Source: an uncultured Verrucomicrobiae bacterium
GTDB lineage: Bacteria; Verrucomicrobiota; Verrucomicrobiia; Limisphaerales; CAIMTB01
Assembly (NCBI GenBank): GCA_963841495.1
Contig: CAWJDJ010000019.1
Location: 41,053-105,052, forward strand
Direction of reading: 5' to 3'
Length of the DNA: 64,000 bases
Position numbers and translations under genes: made by a program. Shown in pieces: positions 10,782 to 19,069 of this stretch (positions are counted from its first letter, which is position 1; every line of letters begins with the position of its first letter). The notes below the pieces were generated by a model. That model was not told the origin of the DNA. It was given only the letters and a program-made list of their open reading frames with translations, and made no database searches.

Positions 10782-11363
10782 ATGATCGCCTCCGATAGGG
10801 CAGCGAATAAGGCCTGGACCGAAGCCGAATTGCTGGCCCTTCCGGAGGACGGCCACCTGCACGAGGTCGTAGCTGGCGAATTGGTCATGAGCCCCAAAAA
10901 CAACTGGTTTCATGGGCGCATTTGCACCCGCCTCCTGATCGCGATCGGCAATTTCGTGACCGCCCACCGTTTGGGGGCGGTTCTCGACTCGAGCACAGGA
11001 TTCTGGATGTCGAACCGAAACTGTCGGGCGCCTGACGTCTCCTTCGTTCCCAAGGAACGGCTCGTCGAGTTGGGATTCAAACCGGACGCAAGGACGTTCT
11101 TTCCTGGCGCGCCTGATCTGGCCATTGAGGTCCTGTCGGAGAACAACACACGGATGGATATTGACGGGCGGCTGAAGGACTTCTTTCAAAGCGGCACCCG
11201 GATCGCCTGGGTCGTGGATGTCGACAATCAGCGGGTCGAGGTCTGCTACTCGCCGACCGACCGCAAACGGATCGGGCCGGGTGGATTCCTGGATGGCGAA
11301 CATCTGCTGCCGGGCTTCTCCTTTCCAGTCGCGGACCTCTTCAAGCATTGGGAGTGGGAGTAA
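10782..11363 (+). CDS. Uma2 (DUF820) family endonuclease
   Basis: 193 aa with the typical layout EAELLALPEDGHLHEVVAGELVMSP ... RAPDVSFV ... PDLAIEVLSENN ... KDFFQSGTRIAWVVD. Confidence 0.8.
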   Translation: MIASDRAANKAWTEAELLALPEDGHLHEVVAGELVMSPKNNWFHGRICTRLLIAIGNFVTAHRLGAVLDSSTGFWMSNRNCRAPDVSFVPKERLVELGFKPDARTFFPGAPDLAIEVLSENNTRMDIDGRLKDFFQSGTRIAWVVDVDNQRVEVCYSPTDRKRIGPGGFLDGEHLLPGFSFPVADLFKHWEWE

Positions 11364-11712
11364 GCGACTCACAACTACGTTGCAACTCAACAGCTGCCCA
11401 TGGAGACCCCCGGTCTTTGTCGGAACGGCGGAGGATGTCGTCAGGAAGCTCAGGCCCGTGGACGGGCGTTCGCCGAGCTTCCGTACTTCGGGTCTCGCAC
11501 AGCCTCGGGATGTGACACTATCACCGTTCCACTCGGTCCACCGGCAGCGGTATGCCATTTACTGGAGATTGATGGACCGCGCAGGGAATCCTTGAGGTTG
11601 ATCCCTTCGATGCCCCACGGTTCGAAGGTGACGTGATTGTTGAGGATCTCGGCTGCACCTCGTTGGAATTGAGATTGACTTTTGCGGCTGCGGTGCAGCT
11701 CAATGCGCACTT

Positions 11713-11904
11713 ATGAGCGACTCTGAGGCGCCGAAGGGACCCGGCAAGGAGGCACCGTTGGCAGACCAGGAAAATGCCGCCAAGGCGCAGTCGGCGGCGG
11801 GCAGGGTGCAGATCGAGGATCTTCTTGATTTCTCATTCACCGAAGTCCTGCTCGAACGCCGCGTCATCCTCAACGGCTCCAGGTTCGGTTTGTCCTGCTC
11901 CTAG
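11713..11904 (+). CDS. Small hypothetical protein (63 aa); candidate precursor peptide of the downstream locus
   Basis: The ORF has high third-position GC like real genes here. It sits 21 nt upstream of the S26 peptidase gene on the same strand. It has an acidic/helical N-region and ends ...NGSRFGLSCS. No recognisable family and no obvious SD. Confidence 0.35.
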   Translation: MSDSEAPKGPGKEAPLADQENAAKAQSAAGRVQIEDLLDFSFTEVLLERRVILNGSRFGLSCS

Positions 11905-11924
11905 CCCTGGCATTCCAATCCAAA

Positions 11925-12437
11925 ATGGAGGGAACCAATATGATTTCTGAGACCGCCGCAACCGGGCTGAAATCCTACCATGTTGCCTTCGATTCCATGG
12001 AACCTGCGATCATGGCAGGTTCGGATGTGATAGGCGACCGATCCTACTATGCCAGGCACCAACCCAAGCGCTGGGATGTGGTCGTCTTTTCTGCTGCCCC
12101 ACCCGACGGTTCCCAATCATCCGATTCGGGCGGTCACTTCGTGAAGCGAATCGTCGGGCTGCCCAACGAAACAATCCATCTCAGTCCAAAAGGGCTCAGG
12201 ATCAATGGGGCCATGATGGCTGTTCCCGCCGCCCTGAAGGACCGCTTTTCGTGCTTCGAGTGCCACTCGGAATACAAATTTGGCGTCGAAGCGTTCACCA
12301 TTCCCGATGACAGCGTCTTCGTGATTGGCGACAACCGCGACGTCTACGTCTCGGACTCGAGGGAACTTGGGGCTGTCCCCATTCGAAATCTCGAAGCGCG
12401 CGTCGTCGCTACCGTGCAGATCACTCCGGTGACCTGA
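11925..12437 (+). CDS. S26-family (signal peptidase I-like) serine peptidase lacking an N-terminal membrane anchor
   Basis: Box B DSMEPAI (Ser), box D VKRIVGLPNETI (Lys) and box E GDNRDVYVSDSRELG. No hydrophobic N-terminal segment in the 170-aa ORF. Confidence 0.75.
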   Translation: MEGTNMISETAATGLKSYHVAFDSMEPAIMAGSDVIGDRSYYARHQPKRWDVVVFSAAPPDGSQSSDSGGHFVKRIVGLPNETIHLSPKGLRINGAMMAVPAALKDRFSCFECHSEYKFGVEAFTIPDDSVFVIGDNRDVYVSDSRELGAVPIRNLEARVVATVQITPVT

Positions 12438-12698
12438 CACGAGCATCCAAAGGCGCTCTTGCGCGACGCGCCGATTCGACATCGGTCTCTTCCGGTGATC
12501 CGAACAGGCATAGGGGAGGTTGGACGGTCGCCCAGGTAACAATGGCTTCTGTCCTTTTGATCGGGGGCACCATTGCCGATCCCGATCGCAGACCCTGGCG
12601 CCGGTCGCGGCGATGCAGGATTCACCCGCAAGGATCGCCTTTCTGCCGAGGCCATGTTGCAGAGTCCTCCAACAGCCGTCCGGGCTTCTGGGATCCCC

Positions 12699-13481
12699 AT
12701 GATCGGCAGTGCCCTGGAACAGCTTATCGCCCATATTGACCTGGATTTCTCGCTGCCCGCTTCGGAGGTTCCCCATGCAATCCGGAATCGCCTCCAGGCT
12801 GCCCTCCAAGCACCGGATCTCTACCTCGACTGCGCCCACCTGGCCTTGAGCCAGATGGCATTTATGCCCGACGCGCGTTTCCTCTTTCGAGATCCGGAAT
12901 CGCGCTACACGCTGCAAATGTTCTGCTGGCCGCCAGGCTTTGGAAACGAACCTCATCTTCACACGAACTGGACCGTTTCTGGCATCATGGCCAGCTCCCT
13001 CCTGATCTTTCGGAGCGCCGCCTCCGAAACCGATTGTCTTGCGTCAGAACCGCTGCTGGCGACCGCCGGCCAGGCCGGCGTCCTTATCCCGCCCCAGTTC
13101 CATTGTCTCCGTAATATCGGAGACGACTGCGCGATCACCTTTCACATATTCAGCGTCGACGCTGCTCACGATGAGAGGCTTCATTCGGAAGCGCGCGCGA
13201 TTTCCTCCACCCGGCGATTGGATGACGACGGAATCCTGGCCATCGCAGCCGTCGCGGCAAGGCATGGCGGCCCTCGGGCGATTGAAATTGTTCGCAACGC
13301 ATTTACTGCGGTCGCCAACGCCGCCAAACTCGACGCCGTCAAGCTGATGGTGAAACTCGATCCGCCGGGCGCCCTTCAAATGGCAAGGACCCTTTCGACC
13401 CTTGTGGGAGGACGCGATGGGGCCCGCCTGCTTCAGTTCGTTGAAAGGCTTGAAATCGCCGCTCACGACGGTTCGATTTAG
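12699..13481 (+). CDS. Cupin protein resembling cysteine dioxygenase type I, with a helical C-terminal extension
   Basis: FCWPPGFGNEPHLHTNWTVSGIMASSLLIF and IPPQFHCLRN match the CDO-type cupin metal-site pattern. The start is uncertain (TTG 12573, ATG 12654 or ATG 12699). Confidence 0.5.
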   Translation: MIGSALEQLIAHIDLDFSLPASEVPHAIRNRLQAALQAPDLYLDCAHLALSQMAFMPDARFLFRDPESRYTLQMFCWPPGFGNEPHLHTNWTVSGIMASSLLIFRSAASETDCLASEPLLATAGQAGVLIPPQFHCLRNIGDDCAITFHIFSVDAAHDERLHSEARAISSTRRLDDDGILAIAAVAARHGGPRAIEIVRNAFTAVANAAKLDAVKLMVKLDPPGALQMARTLSTLVGGRDGARLLQFVERLEIAAHDGSI

Positions 13482-13560
13482 CCTGGTTTCGCACTGGCGC
13501 CAGCCGAATCCGGATGAACCGAGTTCAAGCCTGATGGACGATTTCCGCCGAGGCACGGGC

Positions 13561-14397
13561 ATGTCGGAAAAGAATCTTCAGAAAGCGCTGATGCATCTCT
13601 ACGCGAACGTCGATCGATACAGTTCGTATTCCGAGGGCATCTTCGAAGAATTCGCGCTTTCTCCTTCTGAGAAGGATTCGCTCAAGCAGTTGATGACGTC
13701 GCAGCGAAGCGGATTGCTCCTCTTCAATGAGCAGTTGCATGGCAAACGGCGACGTCTCCTCCGGGATGTCCTGCCCTTGTCCGCGGAGCTGCTCGGCCCT
13801 AGACTCGAATCCCTGCTGGATGACTATCTGTCCTTCGAATCCGCCGAAGGCGCCCGCAATCCTGACGATACGATCCGATCCTTTGCGCAATACGCCGGCG
13901 CCCGGCTTGACACGGGCCCCGTTTCGCGGGAATTCGAGTTGATTCGATTCGAAGCCGTGCATGCCTCTGTATCGCTTCCGCTTCCTGCCACGACATTCAA
14001 GGCACGGGCCCCTCTTCCACTCTCCCCGGACCTGCGCTTGTCGCTCGCCGGCGACACGGCATTGATCGCATGTTCGTATGATGTTTTGGCGGCAATCAGG
14101 GTTCCTTCCCTGTTGCCGACACTCGATCGCCTTCCAAAACCGTTCTGGCTCTTCTTGTTCCAGGCAGCCCCGCCCGCCGCCGTGCGAACCCTGGAAGTCA
14201 CCGCCGGGTTGGCGGGACTTTTAAGCTTGTTTTGGAAGGGCCTGTCGCTTGCGGATGCCCTGCAGACTTTCGCATCCGCCACTCAGAGATCCGCCGCACT
14301 GGGCGCGGTTGAACGGCTCCTCCTGGCTGGGGTCCCCTTCCATTCATCCAGCCAGGGATCGCCTTCGGCATCCGGTGAATTCCAGGATCACTCATAG
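13561..14397 (+). CDS. DUF2063-like putative partner protein of the MNIO enzyme
   Basis: About 278 aa directly abutting and overlapping the DUF692 gene. The layout (helical N-domain, LPLSAELLGPRLESLLDDYL, C-terminal GLSLADAL segment) resembles DUF2063/HvfC-type partners. Assigned by context and weak motif resemblance only. Confidence 0.4.
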   Translation: MSEKNLQKALMHLYANVDRYSSYSEGIFEEFALSPSEKDSLKQLMTSQRSGLLLFNEQLHGKRRRLLRDVLPLSAELLGPRLESLLDDYLSFESAEGARNPDDTIRSFAQYAGARLDTGPVSREFELIRFEAVHASVSLPLPATTFKARAPLPLSPDLRLSLAGDTALIACSYDVLAAIRVPSLLPTLDRLPKPFWLFLFQAAPPAAVRTLEVTAGLAGLLSLFWKGLSLADALQTFASATQRSAALGAVERLLLAGVPFHSSSQGSPSASGEFQDHS

Positions 14398-15217
14398 GTT
14401 TGGCCTCCTTTACGACGACAGCTTCCGCGATGCCCTTCGCGGCGGTCGCGCCGGGTTGGATCTTCTCGAGATCATTCCGGACCGTTTCGCAGATGTTCAA
14501 AGCCCCGATCAGGTGCCGGAATGCCTGACCGCCATTCCGACGTTGTTCCATTGCCTGAACCTGTCTCTCGGCTCGGATGAACCCCTGGATCGATCCTACC
14601 TCCAACGTGTCTCCAGCCTCGCAAGGGTGCTCAAACCGCTTTGGACAAGCGACCACCTCGCAGTGACCCGGATCGACGGCGTCCAACTGGGACAATTGTC
14701 ACCGGTCAGGTTCACCGCCCCAGCCCTCGGCAGAATCTCCGCCAAGATCGACCAGGTGCAGAACGAATTGCGGATGCCATTCCTGGTCGAGAATATCGCC
14801 TATTATTTCACCATTCCAGGGGCCGATCTTTCCGAAAATGAATTGCTGCAAAACCTCGTCGAGAAGACCGGCTGCGGAGTGCTGCTCGACATTAACAATG
14901 TCGCCGTGAACGCAGCCAATCACGGCTTTGATCCTTACACTTATCTGCGCGAATTCCCACTGCACGCCGTTCGCGAGATTCATATCGCCGGCCATCGACG
15001 GCGTGGAAATGCCTGCATTGACAGCCATGGCGAGCCGGTGGACGACATCGTGTGGGACCTCCTGCAGTTTGTCTCGGCGCGGCTGGAATCCCTGAATGTC
15101 ATTCTGGAACGCGACCAGGACATTCCGCCACTTGAGGAACTCCTGCGCGAACTCGCAACGGCAAGGGACCGGGTGACCGCAGCCAGGGCCGGCCGACCGC
15201 CCGGTGTCCAGGCCTGA
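14375..15217 (+). CDS. DUF692 / multinuclear non-heme iron oxidase (MNIO, MbnB/TglH-like)
   Basis: TIM-barrel DUF692 signature blocks: LDLLEIIPDRF, FHCLNLSLGS, WTSDHLAV, PFLVENIAYY, GVLLDINNVAVNAANHGFDPYTYL, EIHIAGH and VILERDQDIPPLEEL. In-frame GTG at 14375; the ORF is open from 14249. Confidence 0.85.
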   Translation: MNSRITHRFGLLYDDSFRDALRGGRAGLDLLEIIPDRFADVQSPDQVPECLTAIPTLFHCLNLSLGSDEPLDRSYLQRVSSLARVLKPLWTSDHLAVTRIDGVQLGQLSPVRFTAPALGRISAKIDQVQNELRMPFLVENIAYYFTIPGADLSENELLQNLVEKTGCGVLLDINNVAVNAANHGFDPYTYLREFPLHAVREIHIAGHRRRGNACIDSHGEPVDDIVWDLLQFVSARLESLNVILERDQDIPPLEELLRELATARDRVTAARAGRPPGVQA

Positions 15218-16283
15218 TGCCGCCGCCGATCCCATGGAACCCAACCTGATGGATCCGTCGACGATTCGACCCGCCGCTCATGCGGTTCCCTGGCGCGGAT
15301 CACAGCTCCGGCATCCTTCGATGCCGTGCTGCCACGAGTTGACACACCTCGACATTCTGGAATTGGACGAAGCCCTGCGACATGTCACGTCGCATCGTTT
15401 CGACCCTGCAAGGCTCCGCAGGGAGCATTTTCCGCTCGGACGACTCGGTGACACCCTTCAGGCCATCGCCCGACAACTGGAGGTCGACACCGGTTTCTCA
15501 CTTATCCGGGGCATACCGGTTGAGCGTTACAGCCTGCACGACGCAAGCGTTCTCCTCTGCGGAATAGCCGCCCACTTCGGGCGGTTGATGCCGCAAAATA
15601 TCAAGGGCGAGATCATCAATCACGTTCGGAATTCCGGCTTGGCCGGACCTCTGACCCGGCAGCAGCGCGGATACCAAGGCGGGTCGCCCCTGCCCTTCCA
15701 CAGCGATTCGTGCGATATTGTCGGCCTGCTCTGCATCAGCGACGCAAAATCAGGCGGAGTAAGTTCCATCGCAAGTTCCTACGCAATACACGACGAAATG
15801 CTGAAGCAACGCCCCGCTTTGCTTCAGGCGCTCCATCAAAATTTTCACATCGATCGGCACGGAGAAAACCCGCCCGGAGCCCCCCCCTTCTATTCGACAC
15901 CTGTTTTCATGTGGCACGACGACCGCCTCTTTAGCCGATTCAATCCTGGCTATGTGTACTCGGCGCAGCGGTACGCCGAAACACCGCGACTGACACCGCT
16001 GCAGGACGATGCCATTGCGGAGCTCAGTCGGCTCTGCGCATCGGAGGAATTCAGATTTGAGATGCACCTGCGGCCGGGGGACCTGCAACTGCTCAACAAC
16101 AACGTCATTCTCCACTCCCGTTCCGCGTACGAGGACGACCGTGAATCCGGCAGGAGGAGGCATCTTCTCCGGGTCTGGCTCTTTACGGCTGCGATCAATG
16201 ACATACCGCCGCCGATGCGCGACAGGTACCGGGATATGGAAGCCTGGCAATCCAGGGCGCATCTGCCTCCACCGCCCGACTAG
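15204..16283 (+). CDS. TauD/TfdA-family Fe(II)/2-oxoglutarate-dependent oxygenase
   Basis: HxD facial-triad context PLPFHSDSCDIVGLLCI, distal His in NNNVILHSRSAYED, then RRHLLRVW. Alternative start ATG 15234. Confidence 0.8.
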   Translation: MSRPDAAADPMEPNLMDPSTIRPAAHAVPWRGSQLRHPSMPCCHELTHLDILELDEALRHVTSHRFDPARLRREHFPLGRLGDTLQAIARQLEVDTGFSLIRGIPVERYSLHDASVLLCGIAAHFGRLMPQNIKGEIINHVRNSGLAGPLTRQQRGYQGGSPLPFHSDSCDIVGLLCISDAKSGGVSSIASSYAIHDEMLKQRPALLQALHQNFHIDRHGENPPGAPPFYSTPVFMWHDDRLFSRFNPGYVYSAQRYAETPRLTPLQDDAIAELSRLCASEEFRFEMHLRPGDLQLLNNNVILHSRSAYEDDRESGRRRHLLRVWLFTAAINDIPPPMRDRYRDMEAWQSRAHLPPPPD

Positions 16284-16367
16284 AGGTCCTTGTCCACCCA
16301 TCGTCCCGCCTGCCCTTCTGCTCGGATCACAATCAGGCACAAGTGATGCCGCGCCCCGGCTATTGGA

Positions 16368-17315
16368 ATGCGATTGACACTGGAACAAGCCGTCGCCAAC
16401 GCCCGGCATGCCGGCTCCGCGCGCCGATTTCCCGCGAAAAATGATCCGCGAGTTCGGAACGGCATGGTGTTCTCCCAGGTCCTCCCCCGCTTTCTCCTCG
16501 CAAGAGGAACATCCGTCTTCACGCTCGGCTCATGCTTTGCGCGGAATCTTGAGGAGAAACTGGAGCATTTTTCCCTCCCGACCAGGACCTTTACAGCTCC
16601 AGAAGGCGAGCGGCCCGGGCGGCCGAATGGAATTCTCAATGAATACAATCCCGGCACCATTTGCCAGCGGGTCGAACATGCCCTGAAGGGAATCTCCTTC
16701 GGCGACCTGTGCATCGCCCCGGAGGGCGGAGGTTTCATCGACCTGCTGCTCCCGGAATATGTGACTCCCGCGACCAGGGAACGGCTGATGGCACGGCGGG
16801 CCGAGGTCGACAATATCTACAGGAGCGTGTCCGCTTGCGAGGCCGTCATCGTCACTCTCGACCTGGTGGAGGCGTGGTATGACAAGTCCGCCGGTCTCTA
16901 CCTCAATCGCGTTCCTCCAGCGGCGTTTCTTCTCGCGGATCGCGACCGGTTTGAAATGCACATCCTGGATGTCCAGGAGACCCTGGATCTCCTCGACCGC
17001 ATGGTCAACGCCTTCCGTGCGCTGGGCGTCACGAAGATCCTGTTGACCGTGTCACCGGTCCCCCTGGAGACGACTTACTCCGGCAAAGACTGCCTGACCG
17101 CCAATATTCAATCCAAGTCGGTTCTGATCGTAAGCTCGCACACGCTCTGCCAACGTCACCAGGAGGTCGACTATTTTCCCGGCTACGAAATTGTGACGTC
17201 CGCCGGCCCCGAATCCTTTCATTCCGACTCCATTCACGTCCTCGATGACGTGGTGGAGAAAGTGACCGACTTTTTGGTCGAGCAATACGCCAGGTCGCCG
17301 TCGGTCCCGCCGTGA
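16368..17315 (+). CDS. GSCFA-domain protein (SGNH-hydrolase-like, function unknown)
   Basis: Contains the eponymous motif FTLGSCFARNLEEKL near the N-terminus. 315 aa. Confidence 0.7.
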   Translation: MRLTLEQAVANARHAGSARRFPAKNDPRVRNGMVFSQVLPRFLLARGTSVFTLGSCFARNLEEKLEHFSLPTRTFTAPEGERPGRPNGILNEYNPGTICQRVEHALKGISFGDLCIAPEGGGFIDLLLPEYVTPATRERLMARRAEVDNIYRSVSACEAVIVTLDLVEAWYDKSAGLYLNRVPPAAFLLADRDRFEMHILDVQETLDLLDRMVNAFRALGVTKILLTVSPVPLETTYSGKDCLTANIQSKSVLIVSSHTLCQRHQEVDYFPGYEIVTSAGPESFHSDSIHVLDDVVEKVTDFLVEQYARSPSVPP

Positions 17316-17317
17316 CC

Positions 17318-17590
17318 TCATGACCGGACGGGTGGGCAGCCACCGTGCCTCGAAAGATACGCCGCGATGCCTGGAATCGAAGTCAGCATCTCGAACTCGG
17401 ATTCGTACCGGATCCGGACCCGGAGCGATTCCTCAACCGCGAGAATGACGCTCAACTGACCCAGGCTGTCCCAAACTGCGAGCTCATACATCCGTGTTTC
17501 GGGCCCGATGCCGTCCACGTTGACTGCAAGGGCCCCGGCCACCAGGGTCCGCGCCGCACTTACACTCCCGGGCAAAGGGTCTACCCGCAT
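17318..17590 (-). CDS. Acyl/peptidyl carrier protein (phosphopantetheine attachment site)
   Basis: 90 aa with LAVWDSLGQLSVILAVEE (DSL Ser attachment motif). Overlaps the stop of the upstream adenylating enzyme by 10 nt. Confidence 0.6.
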   Translation of the reverse strand: MRVDPLPGSVSAARTLVAGALAVNVDGIGPETRMYELAVWDSLGQLSVILAVEESLRVRIRYESEFEMLTSIPGIAAYLSRHGGCPPVRS

Positions 17591-19029
17591 GAGCCGAATT
17601 TCTCCTGTATTGCGCGCCGGTCCAGCTTTCCGTTCACCGTCCGGGGATGACGCGGCACAAACCGAATCTCGGCGGGAAGGCTGGACCGCGGCAGGTACCT
17701 GGAGAGTTCGCCCATCGTCTCCGAAATGCGGTCCGGGCTCCCCTCGGCTGCCAGGATCACGGCGTTCCCGACCACCATCGCAACCGGGTTCGCCAATCCC
17801 GATCTCCCCGCCGCCGCCTCGATTTCCCCAAGCTCGATGCGGTTGCCGTGAATCTTCACCATCCCGTCCGTCCGGTGGGAAAAGTACAGGTGGGTCCCAA
17901 CGACCCGAAAGTAGTCTCCTGTATCGAAGGCGGGCATTTCCCTTCCAAAGAGGTCAACCGACGCGAATTTCGGCGAAGGCGCGCCGGCGTAACCGGCCGC
18001 GATGTTGTTCGACAAAATGACCATTCTCAACCCGTCCTCCTCGGGCAGCAGGACAAAATGCCACGAGGGTATTGGCTGGCCGACGGGAATCGTGCTTCCG
18101 GTGACGGTTGGATCCCCCCGGACGTATTCAAAATAGGAACAGAAAAGTGTCGCTTCCGTCGGCCCATAGGTATTGATGATCCGCGCCCCGGGGTAACGTT
18201 CAGCGAGCCCGTCCGCGTCGGCCCTCATCAGCGGCTCGCCACAAAACGTGAAAAGTCTGCAGGCCGACACGGTCTCTTCCTCGCCGGGTTCCCGCAGGAA
18301 GTACGGAATCATGGATGGAACGGAGTGCCAGTGCGTAATCCGCCCGCGAATCACGGCCATCGCCGGGCGTATCCTGTCCATCATTCTGGTAAGAGAGATC
18401 AGCGTGCCGGAACCGCACACCACCGACAAAAAATCAACCAGCGAAAGATCAAAGCCAATGCTGGAGAACTGCGCCCATCGACATCCTTCATGAATCCCGT
18501 AAAACGGAATTGCCCAATCGATGAACGGGATCGTTCGATCCTGAGGCACCTGAACCAGCTTCGGCGTGCCCGTGCTGCCAGAAGTTGCGATGTAATAGCT
18601 GGCCGAATTCCTCCTTTCACCTCCACCGGCCGGAACCTCGTCGGTCGAGAGTCCGATCTTGAGACAGTGCGCCGTCCTCTCCCGCAGGCAGGCGAATGCC
18701 TCGTCCGTGTCGCACAGGATCAACGCCTTGCTGAGCTGCGCCGCCACATCCAGGACGCGCTGGACAGGATTCTCCGAATCGAGCGGACAGAAATCCAGGC
18801 GGTTCAGAAACGAACACGCGAGAAACACATAGTACAGCGCGGACTTTTGGAGGTAGGCGACCAGCGGCCGATCCGCGTGTTCCCCCAGGTCCCTCAACAG
18901 GCCTGCCGAACCGCGCAGGACCTCTGCCCCCGTCAGTTGCCACCGGCCGCACCCGGACTCGACCACCGTCCGCCCGCCATAGGTCTCAAGTGCATTCCGG
19001 ATTCTCCACGAAAGCGGACGAAAGCTCAT
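17581..19029 (-). CDS. Stand-alone adenylation (AMP-binding) enzyme, DltA/amino-acid-adenylation-like
   Basis: Core motifs YYIATSGSTGTPKLV, NTYGPTEATL, FDTGDYF, GRTDGMVKIHGNRIELGEIE and PRTVNGKLDRRAI. Start taken at MSFRPLSW; the ORF is open to 19266 but would then overlap the upstream gene. Confidence 0.85.
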   Translation of the reverse strand: MSFRPLSWRIRNALETYGGRTVVESGCGRWQLTGAEVLRGSAGLLRDLGEHADRPLVAYLQKSALYYVFLACSFLNRLDFCPLDSENPVQRVLDVAAQLSKALILCDTDEAFACLRERTAHCLKIGLSTDEVPAGGGERRNSASYYIATSGSTGTPKLVQVPQDRTIPFIDWAIPFYGIHEGCRWAQFSSIGFDLSLVDFLSVVCGSGTLISLTRMMDRIRPAMAVIRGRITHWHSVPSMIPYFLREPGEEETVSACRLFTFCGEPLMRADADGLAERYPGARIINTYGPTEATLFCSYFEYVRGDPTVTGSTIPVGQPIPSWHFVLLPEEDGLRMVILSNNIAAGYAGAPSPKFASVDLFGREMPAFDTGDYFRVVGTHLYFSHRTDGMVKIHGNRIELGEIEAAAGRSGLANPVAMVVGNAVILAAEGSPDRISETMGELSRYLPRSSLPAEIRFVPRHPRTVNGKLDRRAIQEKFGSCG

Positions 19030-19069
19030 TGGCGGCGCGGGGAGCCACGATCGCGACAGGAATTCATTG

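Noticed and set aside
11450-11710. 86-aa minus-strand ORF in the lower-GC spacer between Uma2 and the biosynthetic locus.
   Set aside because: No recognisable motifs and no partner gene, and other short ORFs overlap it on both strands. It may be a remnant, but a call cannot be supported.
12520-12739. Cys-containing small ORFs (12520..12702, 60 aa; 12542..12739, 65 aa) between the S26 and cupin genes, as alternative precursor peptides.
   Set aside because: They overlap each other and the possible upstream extension of the cupin ORF. The SD-like aggggagg abuts the TTG start with no spacer. Their composition is shadow-ORF-like (Arg/Pro-rich). They are kept only as a fallback if 11713..11904 is not the substrate.
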